Source of the DNA: Ranitomeya imitator
Lineage: Eukaryota
Reading direction: 5' to 3'
Length of the DNA: 64,000 nt
Assembly: GCF_032444005.1 (NCBI RefSeq)
Contig: NC_091288.1
Location: forward strand, 215,388,001-215,452,000
A model generated the notes under the pieces. That model did not search any database. It was not told where the DNA came from and saw only the letters and a program-made list of their open reading frames with translations. Below, piece by piece: positions 31,601 to 44,600 of this stretch. Positions within the stretch are counted from its first letter, which is position 1. Every line of letters starts with the position of its first letter. The position numbers and the translations under genes were made by a program.

Positions 31601-33397
31601 ATCCGTGTATCTAATCCTATCCTGTGTGATACTGTATGCTGAGCCGTGTATCTAATCCTCTCCTGTGTGATACTGTCTGCTGAGCTGTGTATCTAATCCT
31701 CTCCTGTGTGATACTGACTGCTGATCCGTGTATCTAATCCTATCCTGTGTGATACTGTATGCTGAGCCGTGTATCTAATCCTCTCCTGTGTGATACTGAC
31801 TGCTGAGCCGTGTATCTAATCCCATCCTGTGTGATACTGTCTGCTGAGCCATGTATCTAATCCTCTCCTGTGTGATACTGACTGCTGAGCCGTGTATCTA
31901 ATCCTATCCTGTGTGATACTGTCTGCTGAGCCGTGTATCTAATCCTAGGCGGTGTGATACTGACTGCTGAGCTGTGTATCTAATCCCATCCTGTGTGATA
32001 CTGTCTGCTGAGCCGTGTATCTAATCCTATCCTGTGTGATACTGTCTGCTGATCCGTGTATCTAATCCTATCCTGTGTGATACTGTATGCTGAGCCGTGT
32101 ATCTAATCCTCTCCTGTGTGATACTGTCTGCTGAGCTGTGTATCTAATCCTCTCCTGTGTGATACTGACTGCTGATCCGTGTATCTAATCCTATCCTGTG
32201 TGATACTGTCTGCTGATCCGTGTATCTAATCCTATCCTGTGTGATACTGTATGCTGAGCCGTGTATCTAATCCTCTCCTGTGTGATACTGTCTGCTGAGC
32301 TGTGTATCTAATCCTCTCCTGTGTGATACTGACTGCTGATCCGTGTATCTAATCCTCTCCTGTGTGATACTGACTGCTGAGCCGTGTATCTAATCCTATC
32401 CTGTGTGATACTGTCTGCTGAGCCGTGTATCTAATCCTAGGCGGTGTGATACTGACTGCTGAGCTGTGTATCTAATCCCATCCTGTGTGATACTGTCTGC
32501 TGAGCCGTGTATCTAATCCTATCCTGTGTGATACTGTCTGCTGATCCGTGTATCTAATCCTATCCTGTGTGATACTGTATGCTGAGCCGTGTATCTAATC
32601 CCATCCTGTGTGATACTGTCTGCTGAGCCGTGTATCTAATCCTATCCTGTGTGATACTGTCTGCTGATCCGTGTATCTAATCCTATCCTGTGTGATACTG
32701 TATGCTGAGCCGTGTATCTAATCCTCTCCTGTGTGATACTGTCTGCTGAGCTGTGTATCTAATCCTCTCCTGTGTGATACTGACTGCTGAGCTGTGTATC
32801 TAATCCTCTCCTGTGTGATACTGACTGCTGAGCTGTGTATCTAATCCTATCCTGTGTGATACTGTCTGCTGATCCGTGTATCTAATCCTATCCTGTGTGA
32901 TACTGTATGCTGAGCCGTGTATCTAATCCTCTCCTGTGTGATACTGACTGCTGAGCCGTGTATCTAATCCCATCCTGTGTGATACTGTCTGCTGAGCCAT
33001 GTATCTAATCCTCTCCTGTGTGATACTGACTGCTGAGCCGTGTATCTAATCCTATCCTGTGTGATACTGTCTGCTGAGCCGTGTATCTAATCCTAGGCGG
33101 TGTGATACTGACTGCTGAGCTGTGTATCTAATCCCATCCTGTGTGATACTGTCTGCTGAGCCGTGTATCTAATCCTATCCTGTGTGATACTGTCTGCTGA
33201 TCCGTGTATCTAATCCTATCCTGTGTGATACTGTATGCTGAGCCGTGTATCTAATCCTCTCCTGTGTGATACTGTCTGCTGAGCTGTGTATCTAATCCTC
33301 TCCTGTGTGATACTGACTGCTGATCCGTGTATCTAATCCTATCCTGTGTGATACTGTCTGCTGAGCCGTGTATCTAATCCTATCCTGTGTGATACTG
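19638..33397. repeat. 41-bp satellite (gtatctaatcctctcctgtgtgatactgactgctgagccgt)n, ~335 units, with higher-order duplications
   Basis: Read directly; variant landmarks recur at offsets of 4100 and 2460 bp, both multiples of 41. Confidence 0.98.
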
Positions 33398-33454
33398 TTG
33401 TCCTCTCTGGTTACTTGTGATGTTCCTTTGTTTGTGTTAATAAAGCTTTATAGG

Positions 33455-33690
33455 GAAGCCCCGCCCTCTCCGCTGGAGCAGTTGTAGCTTGATCTCCTGA
33501 CTGCGGTCTCTTGCTGCCGGTTGCTATGGGGACGAGCACTTCCTGTTTTCGGCCTCTCCTGGATTAGTAGGTCAGAGGTCAGCGGGGAGAGCGGAGCAGA
33601 CGCGGAGGCGCCGAGTACCGGTCAGTGACTGCAGCCTGGGCTTGTGACACGTGACTGACGGCTTATGTGACCGCCAGGGGGCAGGTGAGA
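33455..33690 (+). promoter_or_regulatory. CpG-rich candidate distal promoter / non-coding exon 1 of HMOX2 copy 1
   Basis: GC box 33459-33466, RFX X-box-like GTTGCTATGGGGAC 33520-33533, ETS CACTTCCTG 33537-33545, donor-like GTCAGT 33621 and GTGAGA 33685, E-box CACGTG 33648-33653, CTCF-like CCGCCAGGGGGCAG 33671-33684. Confidence 0.5.
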
Positions 33691-33805
33691 GATCCTGCTG
33701 CGCCATGTAGTTCTCCTGTGTGTTCAGGCTGTTATACCACTAACGTTTAGTGTCCTTTTATTTTAGTCAGCAAACTATTTACAGCTTCGCAAAGTGTACA
33801 CAAAT

Positions 33806-36790
33806 AATACTGCCACATAGTGCTGAGACAATAGTACAGAGCCTAAATACTGCCACATGGTGCTGAGACAATAGGACAGAGCCTAAATACTGCCACATGG
33901 TGCTGAGACAATAGGACAGAACCTAAATACTGCCACATGGTGCTGAGACAATAGGACAGAGCCTAAATACTGCCACATAGTGCTGAGACAATAGGACAGA
34001 GCCTAAATACTGCCACAAAGTGCTGAGACAATAGTACAGAGCCTAAATACTGCCACATAGTGCTGGGACAATAGTACAGAGCCTAAATACTGCCACATAG
34101 TGCTGAGACAATAGCACAGAGCCTAAATACTGCCACATAGTGCTGAGACAATAGTACAGAGCCTAAATACTACCACATGATGCTGAGACAATAGTACAGA
34201 GCCTAAATACTGCCACATAGTGCTGAGACAATAGTACAGAGCCTAAATACTGCCACATGATGCTGAGACAATAGCACAGAGCCTAAATACTGCCACATAG
34301 TGCTGAGACAATAGCACAGAGCCTAAATACTGCCACATGGTGCTGAGACAATAGCACAGAGCCTAAATACTGCCACATGGTGCTGAGACAATAGCACAGA
34401 GCCTAAATACTGCCACATGGTGCTGAGACAATAACACAGAGCCTAAATACTGCCACATGGTGCTGAGACAATAGCACAGAGCCTAAATACTTCCACATGA
34501 TGCTGAGACAATAGCACAGAGCCTAAATACTGCCACATGGTGCTGAGACAATAGGACAGAGCCTAAATACTGCCACATGATGCTGAGACAATAGCACAGA
34601 GCCTAAATACTGCCACATGGTGCTGAGACAATAGTACAGAGCCTAAATACTGCCACATGGTGCTGAGACAATAGCACAGAGCCTAAATACTGCCACATGA
34701 TGCTGAGACAATAGCACAGAGCCTAAATACTGCCACATGGTGCTGAGACAATAGCACAGAGCCTAAATACTGCCACATGGTGCTGAGACAATAGCACAGA
34801 GCCTAAATACTGTCACATGGTGCTGAGACAATAGCACAGAGCCTAAATACTTCCACATGATGCTGAGACAATAGCACAGAGCCTAAATACTTCCACATGA
34901 TGCTGAGACAATAGCACAGAGCCTAAATACTGCCACATGGTGCTGAGACAATAGTACAGAGCCTAAATACTGCCACATGGTGCTGAGAAAATAGTACAGA
35001 GCCTAAATACTGCCACATGGTGCTGAGAAAATAGTACAGAGCCTAAATACTGCCACATAGTGCTGAGACAATAGTACAGAGCCTAAATACTGCCACATGA
35101 TGCTGAGACAATAGCACAGAGCCTAAATACTGCCACATGGTGCTGAGACAATAGGACAGAGCCTAAATACTGCCACATGGTGCTGAGACAATAGGACAGA
35201 GCCTAAATACTGCCACATGGTGCTGAGACAATAGGACCGAGCCTAAATACTGCCACATGGTGCTGAGACAATAGTACAGAGCCTAAATACTGCCACATGG
35301 TGCTGAGACAATAGGACAGAGCCTAAATACTGCCACATGATGCTGAGACAATAGTACAGAGCCTAAATACTGCCACATGGTGCTGAGACAATAGCACAGA
35401 GCCTAAATACTTCCACATGATGCTGAGACAATAGCACAGAGCCTAAATACTGCCACATGGTGCTGAGACAATAGCACAGAGCCTAAATACTGCCACATGG
35501 TGCTGAGACAATAGTACAGAGCCTAAATACTGCCACATGGTGCTGAGACAATAGTACAGAGCCTAAATACTGCCACATGGTGCTGAGACAATAGTACAGA
35601 GCCTAAATACTGCCACATGGTGCTGAGACAATAGTACAGAGCCTAAATACTGCCACATGGTGCTGAGACAATAGTACAGAGCCTAAATACTGCCACACGG
35701 TGCTGAGACAATAGGACAGAGCCTATATTCTGCCACACAGTGCTGAGACAATAGCACAGAGCCTAAATACTGCCACATGGTGCTGAGACAATAGCACAGA
35801 GTCTAAATACTGCCACATGGTGCTGAGACAATAGGACAGAGCCTAAATACAGCCACATGGTGCTGAGAGAATAGGACAGAACCTAAATACTGCCATATGG
35901 TGCTGAGACAATAGGACAGAGCCTAAATACTGCCACATGGTGCTGAGAGAATAGGACAGAGCCTAAATACTGCCATATGTTGCTGAGACAGTAGGACAGA
36001 GCCTAAATACTGCCACACGCTGCTGAGACAATAGCTCAGCTTAAATACTGCAACACGGTGCTGAGAGAATAGCACAGAGCTAAAATACTGCCGCACGGTG
36101 CTGAGACAATAGTACAGAGCCTAAATACTGCCACATGGTGCTGAGACAATAGTACAGAGCTTAAATGCTGCCACATGGTGCTGAGACAATAGGGCAGAGC
36201 TTAAATACTGCCATACAGTGCTTAGACAATAGTACAGAGCCTAAATATTGCCACATGGTGCTGAGACAATATTACGGAGCCTAAATACTGCCACATGCTG
36301 CTGAGACAATAGGACAGAGCCTAAATACTGCCACATAGTGTTGAGGCAATAGGTCAGAGCGTAAATGCTGCTACATTGTGCCGACAAGATAGTACAGAAC
36401 CTAAATACTGCCACATGGTGCTGAGACAGTAGTACAGAGCCTAAATACTGCCACATGCTGCTTAGACAATAGGACAGAGCCTAAATACTATCAAATGGTG
36501 CTGAGACAATAGGGCAGAGCCTAAATACTGCTACATGGTGCTGAGACGATAGTACAGAGCCTAAATATTGCCACATGGTGCTGAGACAATAGGACAGAGC
36601 CTAAATACTGCCACATTGTACTGAGACAATAGCTTAGGGCCTACATACTGCCACATGGCAATAGTACAGAGCCGAAATACTTCCACATAGTACAGAGCCT
36701 AAATTCTGCCCCATAGCACTGAGATAATAGTACAGAACCTAAATACTGACCTGTAGTGTTCAGATAATAGTACAGAGCCTATCCACTATT
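33806..36790. repeat. 40-bp minisatellite (gcctaaatactgccacatggtgctgagacaatagtacaga)n, decaying to ~37080
   Basis: 40-bp period read directly; ~73 units. Confidence 0.96.
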
Positions 36791-37507
36791 ATATACTGCT
36801 GAACAAATGCTGCCGTATATTAATGAAATAATACTGCATGCTGAGCCCAAATACTGCCATATAGTGCCTTATAGTACTGACATGTAGTGCCGAAATAATA
36901 GCAACAGCACAGAATCTAACTAGCATTGTCCACTGCTGAAATAATACTGCAATATAGTGCTGAAACATTAGTACCTATAGTGCCTAATAGTACTGACATG
37001 CTGCTGAAATAACAGTGTAAAGCTCAATTACCATCATTTAGTACATAATGCCGCCACATGGTGCTGAGATAATAGTAGAAAGCCTTACTACTGTCATCAA
37101 AAGCTGGGCGGCAGCGGTCATGAGAACGATGTGCAGCATGTGACCAATGCCAAGAATTGCTATTAAAGGGGGTGCGCGTAAAATAAAAATAAACAGCGGC
37201 ATAGTCGCTTTCCAGCGCCCTCCGCGGATTTGGCGGAGGATTGCGCCGGCTCTGGAAGCAATGCGTGCAGCATTGCTGTCTGTGATTGGCTGCAGCGGTC
37301 AGGTGACTAGAGGAGCTTGTGATCGGCTGCAGGCTGTCCTCTGACTTCCCACAGGAGCAGGCATCGCTTCTGGAGACGCTCGTTAGCGTCCGCTCTCCCT
37401 CCGTCTCAGTCTCGTTTATTGTTCTTATGTTTTTATATTTTGCACTTTTTTACCTTTTTTTGTCTTCCTTATAATATCTACGTGACTGGTACAATCCCGC
37501 CGCTTTC

Positions 37508-37708
37508 TGCTGAGTCACGCCACAATCACTCACTTCCTGTTTTTCGGGAACCATTGGATCTGCTGAGTCACTTTTAGAAAAAAAAAAAAAAGAAAATCCC
37601 TGAGTGCAGCAGAGGAATACGGAAGTGACTACGGAGGCAGCGGCTGGGATTGTATATATACAGGTCACCCTGCAGCCGGTCACCAGCTCTGCGCTGCACA
37701 CAGTAAGT
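37508..37708 (+). promoter_or_regulatory. Proximal promoter and short non-coding exon of HMOX2 copy 1: two TGCTGAGTCAC (37508-37518, 37561-37571), ETS sites (37531, 37620), ATTGG (37553), TATATATA (37653-37660), donor GTAAGT (37703)
   Basis: Motifs read directly; the donor pairs with the acceptor at 37823 to give a 121-nt intron; the region is conserved in the duplicate at ~51800-51975. Confidence 0.62.
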
Positions 37709-37864
37709 GACAGGTGTAGGGTGACAGGACCCCTGCGGGGGCATGCGGGGAGGCCGGCCTCTGGGCCCTAGAAGCTTTGTGCTCTCCTGCCTCATCCGCT
37801 TCTGTCTCTTTGTGTTTTAACAGGCGGCTGAAACTTTTCCATCCTCGCACAGAACACAGACGCC

Positions 37865-38638
37865 ATGTCCTCCGCACAGGAAGAGAGTGGGACGTACGGA
37901 GCCGCGTCCGGAGAGGAGGACCAGCAGCCCCTGAGGTGAGAGGGGGATCTGAGCACGGTATATGGCGCTGACATGTGCCCCCCATGGTCAGCACTCCGAT
38001 ATGGCGCAGATGTAGAGCACTGGTTCCGTCTGGGATTGTGGCGACCTGACACCCGCCACCTGGACGTGCCCCGGCTCACGTATTACGGGCAGCCTTTATA
38101 CGAGGCGTCGTTAACGTCCAAGATCCCGGCGGCGGCTCATGTCCACGTGACCCGTATACGTCAATCACACAACGCTCGCTCTCGTCTTGTTACAATGTGT
38201 CAGTGCAGCCAGAAGCGTATCAGTCCGGAGGGCGAGGTATAGTAATAGGGAGGTCTCAGCCCCTCCGATCAGGACGGGAAGCAGGAAAAATAGGGAAAAT
38301 AATGAGGAATCGAAACATAAAAAGAGATTAGAAAGTCTGAGAATTAAAAGAAATATATATATTTATATATACATATTTATTTTTATATATTTATTATTTA
38401 TATATTTACTATTTATATATATTATTCCTATTTACATATATNNNNNNNNNNNNNNNNNNNNNNNNNNNNNNNNNNNNNNNNNNNNNNNNNNNNNNNNNNN
38501 NNNNNNNNNNNNNNNNNNNNNNNNNNNNNNNNNNNNNNNNNNNNNNNNNNNNNNNNNNNNNNNNNNNNNNNNNNNNNNNNNNNNNNNNNNNNNNNNNNNN
38601 NNNNNNNNNNNNNATATATGTGTAAATATTATGTATGA

Positions 38639-38688
<50 letters not shown>

Positions 38689-41600
38689 TCATACATAATA
38701 TTTACACATATATTTACTATTTATTTGTAGTTACGGTATTTATTTTCATATATATAATTTTTCACTTCTTTTCTCTATCCGTTTAGTTTTATGCCTTTTT
38801 TTTTATTTTATAGAATTATTATTTGTTTTCCATTTTGAGTCTTATTAGATGTAAAGTGCGAAAGGTGAATATTTGTGTTGTTTTATACAGTGAAGGAAAT
38901 AAGTATTCGACCCCTCGCTGATTTTGTACGTTTGCCCACTGACAATGACATGAACAGTCTGTAATATCAAGGGTCGGTTAATTTTAACCTTGAGAGGTAG
39001 AATATCCAAAAATACAATCCGGAAAATCACATTGTATAAATGTATAAACTTACTAAATCAGCTAGGGATCGAATACTTATTTCCACCACTGTATTTCTTT
39101 TTACCTTTTGTACTTGTTGTTTTACACTCATAACAGACCCCCGGGGGGAATCCACACTTAGTTTCCAGGTTTGGGGCATCTAGAGGGAATATTAGTCTCT
39201 GGTGGGGCATGTGGGGGTCCTGACTTTGGTCACTGGGACCAGTAGGAGCTGTGATATTGACTCCTCTGGTTCTAAGCCTCCTCTGTCTTCCCCATTGGGC
39301 CTCAGCTTTGTCTTTTAGCCGAAAACCCAACCCGATAGATTTCAGGCGCTTTACATTTAATTTTTTTTTATCGTTTTTTTTTTTTTTCCAATTACATCCA
39401 GAGCAATTTTCAAAATTCTGCCCACGTCCTATGGGAAAAGACTGCAGTTTAGCTCCACATCTACCAGTCTTGTGACATCTCTGCCTTGCTCTCCATTCAC
39501 AGGAAACTGGCAGAATTCCGAATTCAGCTCTGAATGTGAACAGGAAAAAAAACCCGATAAAAAGCTGCAAAGTAAACGATTTACAGTTCCACAATCTCAG
39601 ATAGAATTTAGCTGACTCCATATTTTTTTCTCAAGATGGAGAAATTTCTTGCAGATTTTCGCCGCTTCCCTTTTTTTGCAGAGATTTCCTGTAAAAGAGA
39701 GCCATCGTCCTCTTGGTAATATCCGATGCCGGCCATCTTGTCTGACCGGGTCGCCCTCTTGTCTTCTCTAGGCCGACAGATCTGTCCGAGCTTCTCAAGG
39801 AAGGAACCAAAGTGTCTCACGAGAAGGCGGAAAACACGAAGTTCGTGAAGGATTTCCTTAAGGGTCGGATCAAGCGAGAATTATTTAAGGTGGGTGAAGG
39901 CTGAGTGTAAAACACGGACTGGTCGAGTCACCCAACGCCAGAACAATTCGCCTGGTGCCGTCCCCTCCTGCCAGTATCTTCTCCAGTCGTTTGTAAGAAA
40001 GCTGGGGGGCTCCAGTATCCAATATGGCCGCCGTCACCCAGCGCTAATAAAACATAAACCTTTATTCTAAAATCTACAAATGACCGAATTGACATAACAC
40101 ATGGTGCACTCGTGTATTTCCATTCCTAGAGTGACACAGAGAATTTGACAGAGAGACATTTTATTTGTATGACTACAATAGATCACATTGCGGAGACTTC
40201 TGGGATTTCGTTTCGTGTCAATTCTCGTTCGCCGTAGGAATTGAAATAAATGAGTGCACAATGTGGTATGTCAATTAGGTTATTTTAATATTTTAGAATA
40301 AAAGTTACTTTTTATTATCCCTTTCAGTGACTCTTAATATTTCAGGGCTAAATAAACCTATCATTGATATTGTCACCCAGCTTTGCCTGACTCCTGACCA
40401 GCAATTCTGACAAAATGGAATTATTTATAGCCGGGGTGATATCCCGTTACATACGGCTTCTTGTAGTTTCCGGGATTAGTGCAGATCCCCTGAGCGGTGA
40501 CATGACTAGGGACCTGTGTATCAGGTTGCAGGCTGCTCTACATCCTCCGCAGTCAGTAACAGAGTGGAGAGACCAGCTCCGCTGTATAATAATATATGTA
40601 TATGTGATGAATGTCTGCGGGATCACTCACCTATATATAGGGATAACGAACCAGTCACAGAGCAGATCCAGTTTCTGTCGCTCCCTGTTCCGTCGCTCCC
40701 TGTTCCGTCGCTCCCTGTTCCGTCGCTCCCTGTTCCGTCGCTCCCTGTTCCGTCGCTCCCTGTTCCGTCGCTCCCTGTTCCGTCGCTCCCTGTTCCGTCG
40801 CTCCCTGTTCCGTCGCTCCCTGTTCCGTCCCTCCCTGTTCCGTCCCTCCCTGTTCCGTCCCTCCCTGTTCCGTCCCTCCCTGTTCCGTCCCTCCCTGTTC
40901 CGTCCCTCCCTGTTCCGTCACTCCCTGTTCCGTCACTCCCTGTCCCGTCCCGTCCCTCCCTGTCCCGTCCCTCCCTGTCCCGTCCCGTCCCTCCCTGTCC
41001 CGTCCCTCCCTGTCCCGTCCCGTCCCTCCCTGTCCCGTCCCTCCCTGTCCCGTCCCGTCCCTCCCTGTCCCGTCCCGTCCCTCCCTGTCCCGTCCCGTCC
41101 CTCCCTGTTACTTCCCTCCATTTTCCGTCCCTCCCTGTTCCGTTTCTCCCTGTCCCGTCCCTCGCTTTTCTGTCCCTCGCTTTTCTGTCCCGTCCCTCCC
41201 TGTTCCGTCCCTCCCTGTTCCGTCCCTCCCTGTTCCGTCCCTCCCTGTTCCGTCCCTCCATTTTCCGTCCCTCCCTGTTCCGTCCCTCCCTGTCGCGTCC
41301 CTCGCTTTTCTGTCCCTCCCTGTTCCGTCCCTCCCTGTCCTGTTCCGTCCCTCCCTCTTCCGTCCCTCCCTCTTCCGTCCCTCCCTGTCCCGTCCCTCCC
41401 TGTTCCGTCCCTCCCTGTCCCGTCCCTCCCTTTTCCGTCCCTCCCTTTTCCGTCCCTCCCTTTTCCGTCCCTCCCTTTTCCGTCCCTCCCTTTTCCGTCC
41501 CTCCCTTTTCCGTCCCTCCCTGTTCCGTCCCTCCCTGTTCCGTCCCTCCCTTTTCCATCCTAGTTTTTGTGTAAAAACGCCAATATAAATGTGATATCGC

Positions 41601-44600
41601 TGTAATCGTACTGATCTGCAGAATGAAGCTTCCTTATCAATTTTACCACACGCGGAATGGCATTAAAAAAAACCTGAATTTGCTAGTTTTTGTTAATGCT
41701 CTGTCCCAAAAATAAGAATAGAAAGCGATCAAAAAATGTCATGACCGAAAACAGTACCAATAAAACGTCAGCTCGTCCCACAAAAAACAAGCTATCAAAA
41801 TATGGCGATGCAAAAACTAGTTTTGAAGTTTAAGTGTGTGACAGCACAAGGAACGGCGTAAAAGAAATCAACTATTCTTCACCTGTTGTTAATTTTTTTA
41901 TTCTGCCTCCCAAAGATCGCAGTAAGGCTAAGCACATATTTAACCTGCTCTCTGCGCTGAGCGCTTACACCGTGTTTTCCATGTAAATCTCTGAAATACT
42001 TGATTCAGACGGAACCTCTGGTGAAAGGTTCCCTATAATGAGGCAGATTATTATTATTATTATTCATTTTTATAGCGCCATTTATTCCATGGCGCTTTAC
42101 ATGTGAACGGGGCAAATATTGACAAGTACAATAAACATGAGTAAAACAAGGCACACACAAGAACAGGAGGAGAGAGGACCCTGCCCGCGAGGGCTCACAG
42201 TCTACAGGGGATGGGTGAGAATACACTAGGTGAGGGTAGAGCTGGTCATGTGGCGCTTCAGTAGACAGGGGATCACTGCAGGTTGTAGGCTTGTCGGAAG
42301 AGGTGGGTCTTCAGGTTCTTTTTGAAGGTTTCCGTGGTAGGTGAGAGCCTGATGTTTTGGGGTAGAGAGTTCCAGAGTATGGGGGAAGCACGGGAGAAGT
42401 CTTGGATGCGGTTGTGGGAGGAAGAGATGAGAGGGGAGTAGAGAAGGAGATCATGAGATGATCGAAGGTTGCATGTAGGTAGGTAACGGGAGACCATGTC
42501 ACAGATGTATGGAGGAGTCAGATTGTGAATGGCTTTGTATGTCATTGTTAGTGTTTTGAACTGTAGCCTCTGGGCAATAGGAAGCCAGTGAAGGGCCTGG
42601 CAGAGAGGAGAGGCTGGGGAGTAACGGGGAGACAGGTGGATTAGTCGGGCAGCAGAGTTTAGGATGGATTGGAGTGGGCCAGAGTGCTAGAGGAAAGTCC
42701 AGAGAGTAGGAGGTTGCAGTAGTCGAGGCGGGAGATGATAAGGGCATGTACTAGTGTTTTTGTGGCTTAATGGTCAAGGAATGCACGGATCCGGGAAATG
42801 TTTTTGAGTTGGAATCGGCAAGAGGAGGCAAGGGCTTGGATATGTGGCTTGAAAGAGAGTGTAGAGTCAAGGATCACCCCGAGGCACCGAGCGTGCGGGG
42901 CCAGGGAAAGTGAGCAGCCATTGACATTGATGGATAGGTCGGGTGGAGGGGTAGAGTGAGATGGGGGAAAGATGATGAATTCTGTTTTGTCCATGTTCAG
43001 TTTTAGAAAACGAGCAGAAAAGAAGGATGAAATAGCAGACAGACATTGTGGGATTTTGGTCAGTAAGGAAGTGAGGTCGGATCCAGATAGGTAGATCTGC
43101 GTGTCATCAGCGTAGAGATGATATTGTAAACCGTAGGATTCTATGAGCTGTCCCAGGTCGAAGGTGTAGATGGAGAAGAGTAGGGGTCCTAGAACTGAGC
43201 CTTGGGGAACACAGACAGACAAGGGGCGAAGTGAGGAGGTGGTGTGGGAGAGGGAGACACTGAATGTACGATCTGTTAGATATGATGAGATCCAGGATAG
43301 GGCCAAGTCTGTGATGCCAAGAAATGAGAGAATCTGTAACAGGAGGGAGTGGTCCACAGTGTCGAAGGCAAAAGACAGGTCCAAGAGGAGGAGGACAGAG
43401 TAGTGTCGCTTGCTCTTGGCGGTTAGTAGGTCATTGGTCACTTTAGTTATGGCAGTTTCAGTTGAGTGATGTGTTCGGAAGCCAGATTGTAACCGGTCAA
43501 AGAGGGAGCAGGAGGAGAGGTGGGAGGACAGTTCAAGATGGACATGCTGTTCCAGTAGTTTTGAGGCATAAGGGAGAAGGGATATCAGGCAATAGCTGGA
43601 CACAGAGGATGGGTCGAGGGAGGGTTTTTTGAGGATAGGTGTGATTGATGCTTGTTTGAAGGATGAGGTGAAGACACAGTTTGTAAGTGAGAGGTTGAAG
43701 AGTTGTGTTAGGGTTGGGATGAAGACTTTTGCGAGGTTAGGGATGAGGTGGGACGTGAGCGGGTCAAGGGTGCAAGTGGTGAGATGTGATCTTGATAGAA
43801 GGATGGAGAGCTGATCGTCTGTCATGGTGGAGAAGCTGGCTTTGGAACAGGGCTGAGAAGTCAAGAGGAGGGGCATTGGGGGCTGCGGGCCAAAGCTTTG
43901 TCTGATGTTTTCTATCTTCTGCTTAAAGAAAGATTCAAATTCTTCAGCTTAAATGAGAGGGGAGGGAGGAGATGCTGGGGGACAGAGTAGAGAATTGAAA
44001 GTGTTGAAGAGCTGTTTAGGGTTGTGAGTCGGGGAGGATATGAGAGATGAGATGTAAGTTTGTTTTGCGGCAGTGAGCGCGGACTTGAAGCTGGCGAGGG
44101 ACTGCTTGTATGCAGTGAAGTGCTCAGCAGAACGAGATTTCTTCCATCGCCGTTCAGCGATCCTGGAAGCCCGTCTCAGTTCTTTGGTCAGGCTGGTCAG
44201 CCAGGGCTGCCTGTTGATTCAACGAGTTTTGCTATGCATGAGTGGGGCGGCCGAATCGAGTGTTGCTGTTATTGTGGTGTTATAAAAAGAGGCAGCAGCA
44301 TCTGTGTCATGGAAGGAAGCTATGTCTGTAAGAGGGAGAAGGGACTCAGAGAGTGATTGTAAATTGAGGTGTTTGAGATTTCTGCGAGGGTGAGTGAGTT
44401 TGTGGAGTGGAGGTTGCGCGAGAGGAGAGAGAAGAAAATGTCAGTAGGTTGTGGTCAGACAGGGGGAGGGGTGAGTTAGTGAGATTAGTAAGGGAATAGA
44501 GGCGGGTGAAGATGAGGTCCAATGTGTGGCCATCTTTATGGGTGGCTGCAGATGACCATTGAGTGAGACGAAAGGAGACAGTGGGCGATAAAAGTTTAGA

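Noticed and set aside
37090-37345. CpG-rich stretch with ATTGG that could be a third HMOX2 promoter
   Set aside because: Contains ttaaaggggg and tgattggctgcagcggtca, which look like MITE debris; could not be distinguished from repeat.
40415-41574. 300-380 aa ORFs on both strands
   Set aside because: Translation of the 15-bp and shorter repeat units.
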